DNA of 39,446 nt, taken from the NCBI GenBank assembly GCA_964547755.1, contig CAZJPA010000001.1, positions 1-39,446 of the forward strand. Reading direction: 5' to 3'. The translations under genes were made by a program, and so were the position numbers. The notes under the pieces were generated by a model, which was given only the letters and a program-made list of their open reading frames with translations, was not told the origin of the DNA and searched no databases. Source of the stretch: an uncultured Sphingomonadales bacterium (GTDB taxonomy: Bacteria; Pseudomonadota; Alphaproteobacteria; Sphingomonadales; Rhodothalassiaceae). Below are positions 34,308 through 39,446 of this stretch, in pieces; position 1 is the first letter of the stretch, and the number at the start of each line of letters is the position of its first letter.

Positions 34308-35759
34308 TCACCGGCCTTCGGATGTATGCGCGCGCGCCATCGGCTGGGCGGCCGGCAGTTCGAGGCGCACCCGCAAGCCCCCGAGCGGGGAATCAGAAAG
34401 CGCGACCGTCCCGCCGTAGAGGCGCGCGATATCCATCACGATCGCCAACCCCAGTCCCGAGCCGGGTTGGGATTCGTCGAGCCGGTGGCCACGGCGGAAC
34501 AGATCGGCGCGCTTGGCCGCCGGTACGCCGGGGCCGTCATCCTCGACGAGGAGGGCGAAACAGGCTCCCTCCTCCCGCTCGGCCACCGGAAAAGCCGTCA
34601 CTGTGACCGTATGCCGCGCCCATTTGCAGGCATTGTCCAGAAGATTGCCCACCATCTCCTCGAGATCCTGGCGTGTGCCCCGAAAGACGAGGGAATCAGG
34701 AATGTCCATGGTAATCGTGACGGCGCGGTCCGCGTGGATCTTGCGCATTGCCCGCACGAGGCGGGCGATCGTCTCCCGCACCGGTGTGCGGGCGCGTCTC
34801 AACGGCCCGGCGCCGCCAGCCCGCGCGCGTTTGAGATGGTGGTCGATGTGGCGCTCCATCACCCGAATCTGCTCGCGCAGCAGCACGGCCAGATCGCCGC
34901 TTGCGCGCGCGGCGGCATTGGCGAGCACGCTCAAGGGTGTCTTCAGGGCGTGGGCGAGATTGCCGGCGTGTCGACGGGCGCGCTCGACCAGTTCTTCGTT
35001 CTGAGCGATGAGGGCGTTGACCTCGCGCACCAGTTCCCCGATTTCGCTCGGAAATTTGCCGCTGAGATGGTCGGCCGCGCCGGCCCGTACCCGACTCAAT
35101 CCCCGCCGGACGGCGCGCAGGGGCCGCAAGGCGATGAGCAGCTGCACGGCGATCACCGCCGCCAAGGCCAGAGCGAATCCCGCCATCGACAGGAAGACGA
35201 GATGACGAAAGGCCGCAATATCGGCCCGCATTTCCCGCAGATCGGCGGCGACCATGAAGCGGAAGGTGACGTCAGAGCCGGGCAGCTCGACATCCTGCAT
35301 GGCCACCAGCAGGGGCTCGCTGGCCGGTCCCACGTCTTCTTGGATCACCACTTTGTGCGCGGCTTGCGTCCAATGGGGATCGAGCGCATGGTCCCAAAGC
35401 GAGCGGGACCGGAAAGCCGGCTGGTCGGCCGCGGAGATCTGCCAGTAGCGGCCTGAGTAGGGCTCGGCATAGCGCGGATCCTCGAGCGCCCGGGAAAAGC
35501 GGATTTGCCCCAGCTCGTCTACTTCGGCCGCGCCGATCAGGGCATCGAGGCGGCGCATCAGGTCGGCTTCGAACTTGTCCTCGACATAGTTTTCGAAGGC
35601 AAGTGTGAGGACGTAGCCCCCGGCAAGCAACGTCGCCGCCACCCACAGCAAAGAAGAAAAAAAGAGCCGGCGCGTGAGCGAGCCGCGGATGGTGACCCGC
35701 GCCGATTCCCGCGGCGGCGGCCGTTCCGGACGTTCGCCCTCGCCTTGCGCACTGGTCAT
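34308..35759 (-). CDS. Sensor histidine kinase (PhoQ/EnvZ-type, two transmembrane segments with a periplasmic sensor domain)
   Basis: It has an H-box (HAGNLAHALKTPLSVL), an N-box (VGNLLDNACKWA), and G-boxes (VEDDGPGVP and GSGLGLAIV). The start is the ATG at 35759, which overlaps the regulator's stop as ATGA. The track ORF extends to 36095. Confidence 0.9.
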   Translation of the reverse strand: MTSAQGEGERPERPPPRESARVTIRGSLTRRLFFSSLLWVAATLLAGGYVLTLAFENYVEDKFEADLMRRLDALIGAAEVDELGQIRFSRALEDPRYAEPYSGRYWQISAADQPAFRSRSLWDHALDPHWTQAAHKVVIQEDVGPASEPLLVAMQDVELPGSDVTFRFMVAADLREMRADIAAFRHLVFLSMAGFALALAAVIAVQLLIALRPLRAVRRGLSRVRAGAADHLSGKFPSEIGELVREVNALIAQNEELVERARRHAGNLAHALKTPLSVLANAAARASGDLAVLLREQIRVMERHIDHHLKRARAGGAGPLRRARTPVRETIARLVRAMRKIHADRAVTITMDIPDSLVFRGTRQDLEEMVGNLLDNACKWARHTVTVTAFPVAEREEGACFALLVEDDGPGVPAAKRADLFRRGHRLDESQPGSGLGLAIVMDIARLYGGTVALSDSPLGGLRVRLELPAAQPMARAHTSEGR

Positions 35760-36478
35760 CTTGTCGCGGCGCTTCCCGCCCCGTCCGACGCCTCCCGATC
35801 CGCATCGCCATGCGCGGCGTCCGGTTCCTCGAGCCGATAGCCGAGGCCGCGGATCGTGCGGATGACGGGCACACCGAGTTTCTTTCTGATGCGATTGATG
35901 AAGACCTCGATCGTGTTCGAGTCGCGGTCGAAATCCTGGTCGTAGATGTGCTCGGTCAGTTCGGTGCGTGAGATCACCTTGCCGGGATGATGCATCAGAT
36001 AGCTGAGCAGCTTGAATTCCTGGGCGGTGAGGCGCACCGGCCTGCCGTTCACGGTCACCTCGGCCTTGCGGGGATCGAGACGCACGGGACCGCATCCAAG
36101 CACCGGTTCGGCGTGACCGCTCGCGCGCCGGATGAGCGCTCGCAACCGCGCCAGCAACTCGGCCAGCGCGAAGGGCTTGGTCAGGTAATCGTCGGCCCCG
36201 GCGTCGAGGCCGTCCACCTTGTCCGACCAGGAATCGCGGGCGGTCAGAATCAGGACCGGTGTCGTCACCCCTTGGGCGCGCCAGGCTTTGAGCACACTCA
36301 CCCCGTCAATCACGGGCAGACCCAAGTCGAGGACGATGGCGTCATACGGCTCCGTCTCGCCCAGAAACTGCGCCTCCTCGCCGTCGGGCGCGACATCGAC
36401 GGCATAGCCCGCCTCGCTCAAGGCTTGCCGCAATTGCGCGGCGAGCGCCGCATCGTCTTCGGCAATCAGGACCCGCAT
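35756..36478 (-). CDS. OmpR/PhoB-family response regulator
   Basis: It has MRVLIAEDD..DAIVLDLGLP (receiver domain with the phospho-acceptor Asp), TARD, and the winged-helix segment LT..EF.LL..L....G.V.SR..L... Confidence 0.93.
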   Translation of the reverse strand: MRVLIAEDDAALAAQLRQALSEAGYAVDVAPDGEEAQFLGETEPYDAIVLDLGLPVIDGVSVLKAWRAQGVTTPVLILTARDSWSDKVDGLDAGADDYLTKPFALAELLARLRALIRRASGHAEPVLGCGPVRLDPRKAEVTVNGRPVRLTAQEFKLLSYLMHHPGKVISRTELTEHIYDQDFDRDSNTIEVFINRIRKKLGVPVIRTIRGLGYRLEEPDAAHGDADREASDGAGSAATR

Positions 36479-36522
36479 GGCTGTCTCCCATGCTCGTCAC
36501 CTGCCCGCCTGTGCTCGAACCC

Positions 36523-36906
36523 TCACCGCCGGCGGATCGCAAGAATGCGGCCGGTATGCGCATCGACGAACACGATGGCGACCTTCCCGTCACCGCGCAG
36601 AATCTTGAGCCGATAGACATAGCGTCCCGACCTGCGCTGCCGCAGCTCCTGATCCACGATCCGCCCCGGAACGGCCTGCAGGGCCTCACGGCGAATACGG
36701 CCATAGTCGAGAATGCGGCCGGCCTCGCGTTGCCGGCGGGCCTCCTCCTGGTCTTGGTTCTGCGCCGCCGGCGCCGGCGTCGCATGCACCGACACTCGCC
36801 CCTTGACCGCCCCCCAAGCCAAAACGAGCGCAAGAGCGACGAGCCCTCCTGCAAGAGCACGACGATTACCTCTTGCCGCTCTTCTCCCCGTGCCCGTCTC
36901 GCCCAT
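36523..36906 (-). CDS. PepSY-domain protein (small, membrane-anchored or exported)
   Basis: The N-terminal hydrophobic segment is ALAGGLVALALVLAWGAV. The C-terminal PepSY-like segment is ALQAVPGRIVDQELRQRRSGRYVYRLKILRGDGKVAIVFVDAHTGRIL. It sits upstream of the two-component pair. Confidence 0.7.
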   Translation of the reverse strand: MGETGTGRRAARGNRRALAGGLVALALVLAWGAVKGRVSVHATPAPAAQNQDQEEARRQREAGRILDYGRIRREALQAVPGRIVDQELRQRRSGRYVYRLKILRGDGKVAIVFVDAHTGRILAIRRR

Positions 36907-37161
36907 GTTCCACAACCGCTCTCACCACATACCAGCAGACCCCCCGCAGCCGATCTGGTCCTTCGGTCCGGCGGCAGGCCATCGATTCGCTCGCGCTGAT
37001 TTGCCTTCACTCTTTCAGAAGCGGCGTGAATGGTCAATGAACCGGGAAATCTTGATCTCGCTCAAGGACGAATCCGCCCGCTTGACGCAGACTGTTCAGC
37101 GTATGACGATGGAAACGGCCGCGGTATTCTCCTGCGGCTTCAAGAGGGTGAGGAGCGGGTG

Positions 37162-38046
37162 ATGATGCGCATGATCTATCTGCCGGTCACGGATGCCGGC
37201 GACCTGGCGGACTGTCTGGATGAAGCCTTGCCGCTGGTGCAGGCCTTTCGAGGCCATCTGTGTGTGGACTTCATCCGTCCCGACCCACGCGGCAGCATTC
37301 CCTTCGTCGGGGAAGGTTTGACGGCGGACGTCATCCAGGATCTCGTGGAAGCGGCCGAGCGGGAGGGACGGGCCCGGGCGGATCGGGCGCTCGCCGTGTT
37401 CCGGGACCGGCTCGCCGCCGCCGGCGTTGCGACCGAGAAGGGTGAACCCATCCGCGATACGGCGAGTGCGCGTTTCCACGAATCGGTGGGGCTGATCACC
37501 GAGCGGGTCGGCCGCATGGCGCGTGTGCATGATGTGAGTGTCGTGCCGCGTCCGGGAGGCGATCACCGGCCCGAGGCGGGCGAACTGTTCGACGAAGCCC
37601 TGTTCCGCTCGGGCCGGCCCGTGCTCCTGGCGCCGCCGCGGGGCGCAGACGAGCGCCCGGAGGATACCGGCCGGTCTTCCTATCACCATGTCGTGATCGG
37701 CTGGAACGGTCGGGCGGAAGCTGCCCGCGCCGTCGCCGACGCCCGGCCTCTCCTACAGCGGGCCGACCAGGTGGATGTCGTGACGGTCGGCGACGAGCAT
37801 CCCGAGCGCCCCAGCGCCCAGAGCCTGCAGCGCTATCTGGAACGCCACGACATGACGGCCCGCCTCGTCCGGCTCCCGGCCACGCATGACGTGGCAGAAG
37901 CCCTGTTGGGACATGTCCGCGAGGAGGGAGCCGATCTTCTGGTTCTGGGCGCCTACTCCCATAGCCGGTGGCGTGAGATGATCGTGGGCGGCGTCACCCG
38001 CCATATGGTTCATCATTGTCCAATCGCGCTGTTCATGAGCCACTGA
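37162..38046 (+). CDS. Universal stress protein (tandem Usp-type)
   Basis: The C-terminal Usp motif is DLLVLGAYSHSRWREMIVGGVTRHMVHHCPIALFMSH. The start is the ATG at 37162, preceded by GAGGAG. The track ORF begins at 37030. Confidence 0.8.
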   Translation: MMRMIYLPVTDAGDLADCLDEALPLVQAFRGHLCVDFIRPDPRGSIPFVGEGLTADVIQDLVEAAEREGRARADRALAVFRDRLAAAGVATEKGEPIRDTASARFHESVGLITERVGRMARVHDVSVVPRPGGDHRPEAGELFDEALFRSGRPVLLAPPRGADERPEDTGRSSYHHVVIGWNGRAEAARAVADARPLLQRADQVDVVTVGDEHPERPSAQSLQRYLERHDMTARLVRLPATHDVAEALLGHVREEGADLLVLGAYSHSRWREMIVGGVTRHMVHHCPIALFMSH

Positions 38047-38048
38047 GC

Positions 38049-39156
38049 ATGGAGACGACGCGGCCCAGGACGGCTTGCGGAAGCCGGTGGCGTCTTCGCC
38101 TGACGACGGGTGTGGGCGCGCTGGTGGCGACACTCCTGGCAGGCGCCCTCGCGCCGGCGGCCGAGCCGCTGCCCGATCTGCCCGAGCCGCTCACGAACAA
38201 CGCCGTCGCCTTGCTCTGCCATCGCGGCCATCGCCTGATCCTGTCGGTTTATGGACTGGGGCGCGGGCGGCGGGCGAAGGATATCACGCGCCGGGTGCTG
38301 CTGCTTGATCTCGATACCCCCCGACCGGCCTGGGAGCGGCTTCCCGATGCGCCGATGACACCGCTGCGACTGGCCGCCAGCGCCGTTGCGATCGGCGGCC
38401 GGTTTATTGTGCTCGGCGGCTATTCGGTCGCCCCCGATGGCCATGAGACCACCCATGGCGATCTGTGGTCTTTCGATCCGGCGAGTCGGCGATGGCACCG
38501 ACTTGCGGACATGCCGGTGGCCGTCGATGACAGCGTGGCTCTCCCTTATCGCGACCGTTGGATCTATCTCGTCTCGGGCTGGCATCAAGACGGTAACACG
38601 CCCGCCGTCCAGCTCTACGATACCCGCACCGACCGCTGGCGGCGGTTAGCCGACTTTCCCGGCATCCCCGTCTTCGGCCATGCGGCCGGCATCGTGGACG
38701 GGCGGATCGTGATCATCGACGGTGTGGCCGTGGTCAAGCGCGATCAGCGGGGCCGTCGCCGCTTCCGGCTGATCGCCCAAGCCTGGCAGGGCCGGATCAG
38801 CTGGCAGCGGCTGCCCGATCATCCGGGGGGGCGTCTATCGGGCCGCAGCAGCGGGAAGCGAGAGAACCGGCCTTGCCGTCTTCGCCGGGGGTGGCCGCAG
38901 AGCCTACAACTACGACGGCATCGCCTATGAAGGCGGCCCCGTGCGCCCCTCGGACCGGATCTTCGGCTATGACGTCCGACAGGCGCGCTGGATCGTCCTT
39001 GCGCGCCTGCCGCAGGCCAGCATGGATCACCGCGGCCTTCTGCTCACGGGGTCGCAGGCGGTGATCGTGGGCGGCATGCGCGAAGGGCCCGAGGTGAGCG
39101 CGAAGCTGACCGCCGTCGACCTCGGCCGGCAGCTGCGTGCGGACTGCCGCCGCTGA
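38049..39156 (+). pseudogene. Kelch-repeat (NanM/beta-propeller-like) exported protein gene interrupted by a +1 frameshift in a G7 homopolymer
   Basis: Frame A (38049..38930) reads as Kelch-like up to ..ISWQRLPDHPGG and then degenerates to RLSGRSSGKRENRPC.. Frame B from the same G-run reads GGVYRAAAAGSERTGLAVFAGGGRRAYNYDGIAYEGGPVRPSDRIFGYDVRQARWIVLARLPQASMDHRGLLLTGSQAVIVGG.. through to the stop at 39156. Removing one G from 38825-38831 joins the two frames into one 368-codon ORF. Confidence 0.8.
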
Positions 39157-39446
39157 CAGCTTCCCTCCCCCTCGCCGTCCGCCACCACGCGTCGCCCCCA
39201 CGCTTCCCACCGCCGCCTCTCTCACTACCTGACCACCGCTGCCCTCTTTCTCTCTTCGTCACGCCACCGCTCTTTCTCTTCGTCATCCGCCGCCACTCTC
39301 GTCTCATCATCCGCCGGCACCTCCCCCTCTCGTCATCCGCCCCTCCTCTCCCTCTTCGTCATCCGCCGACCCCGGGTCGCGGCCCGGGGCAGGCTCGACC
39401 GGCGGGTCCAGCCCTCCCCTTCGTCATCCGCCGGCTCGACCGGCGG
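39157..39446. repeat. Pyrimidine-skewed degenerate tandem array (24-26-nt period, core CGTCATCCGCC) with embedded GC hairpins; continues beyond the right edge
   Basis: The ATCCGCC cores start at 39285, 39309, 39335, 39361 and 39426, with a degenerate copy (CGTCACGCC) at 39257. One hairpin is CCCCGGG (39371-39377) paired with CCCGGGG (39384-39390). GGCTCGACCGGCGG occurs twice (39392-39405 and 39433-39446). Confidence 0.85.

Noticed and set aside
38941-39156. A 71-aa ORF (GTG at 38941) as an independent small gene
   Set aside because: Its frame stays open and Kelch-like all the way back to the G7 run at 38825-38831. It is the displaced C-terminal part of the frameshifted Kelch gene.
39240-39446. 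The terminal repeat array as a CRISPR array
   Set aside because: The period is only 24-26 nt and the units are degenerate and contiguous, with no alternation of repeat and unique spacer. There are no cas genes in the window, and the strand composition skew is unlike CRISPR repeats.
1-39446. A mobile element, prophage, defence island, toxin-antitoxin pair, tRNA or rRNA gene
   Set aside because: I recognised no transposase, integrase, recombinase, phage structural, restriction, Cas or other defence-type motifs in any supported ORF. I saw no tRNA-like T-arm consensus (GGTTCGAATCC) and no rRNA-like sequence, and the GC content looks uniform apart from the short AT-rich promoter segments.

Overview
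The window is GC-rich (about two-thirds G+C by eye) and looks like a proteobacterial chromosome, probably alphaproteobacterial. I could not confirm the taxon without a database search.

Positions 1 to about 20.2 kb form one accessory-looking alpha-glucan (starch, maltodextrin, possibly cyclodextrin) utilisation locus built around a TonB-dependent receptor. It contains:
- the receptor itself;
- two flavin-dependent-halogenase-like paralogues, one of which runs off the left edge and is missing from the ORF track;
- a cytoplasmic GH13 alpha-glucosidase;
- a LacI-family regulator;
- an exported GH97 alpha-glucosidase;
- a five-domain CGTase-like GH13 enzyme with a CBM20 domain;
- two convergent SSS/SGLT-type symporters;
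- a large exported GH13 amylase.

The promoter regions of this locus carry AT-rich TTGCAA / TGCAAATTGCA palindromes. These are conspicuous against the GC-rich background and are probably the operators of the LacI regulator.

The second half is mostly ordinary:
- an ECF sigma / membrane anti-sigma / CpxP-Spy-like periplasmic protein module;
- an alpha/beta hydrolase, then thrS and infC;
- a hypothetical exported protein and gpmA;
- a minus-strand run of haloalkane-dehalogenase-type hydrolase, MipA/OmpV, PCu(A)C copper chaperone, a roughly 695-aa uncharacterised alpha/beta-hydrolase-domain protein, and proline iminopeptidase;
- a glycine-zipper lipoprotein and a PepSY / OmpR-type regulator / histidine kinase module;
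- a universal stress protein and a Kelch-repeat gene broken by a +1 frameshift in a G7 run;
- a strongly pyrimidine-skewed 24-26-nt periodic repeat array that runs off the right edge.

I found no rRNA, tRNA, CRISPR array, transposase or integrase.

I did not find a clear-cut new system such as a defence island. The best candidates for undescribed biology are (1) the two halogenase-like genes, which look catalytically intact and sit inside a sugar-uptake locus, and (2) a possible route in which a secreted CGTase makes cyclodextrins that the TonB-dependent receptor imports.

Many long ORFs in the track are antisense artefacts of the high GC content. I moved several gene starts from the track's longest ORF to internal starts that have Shine-Dalgarno support.
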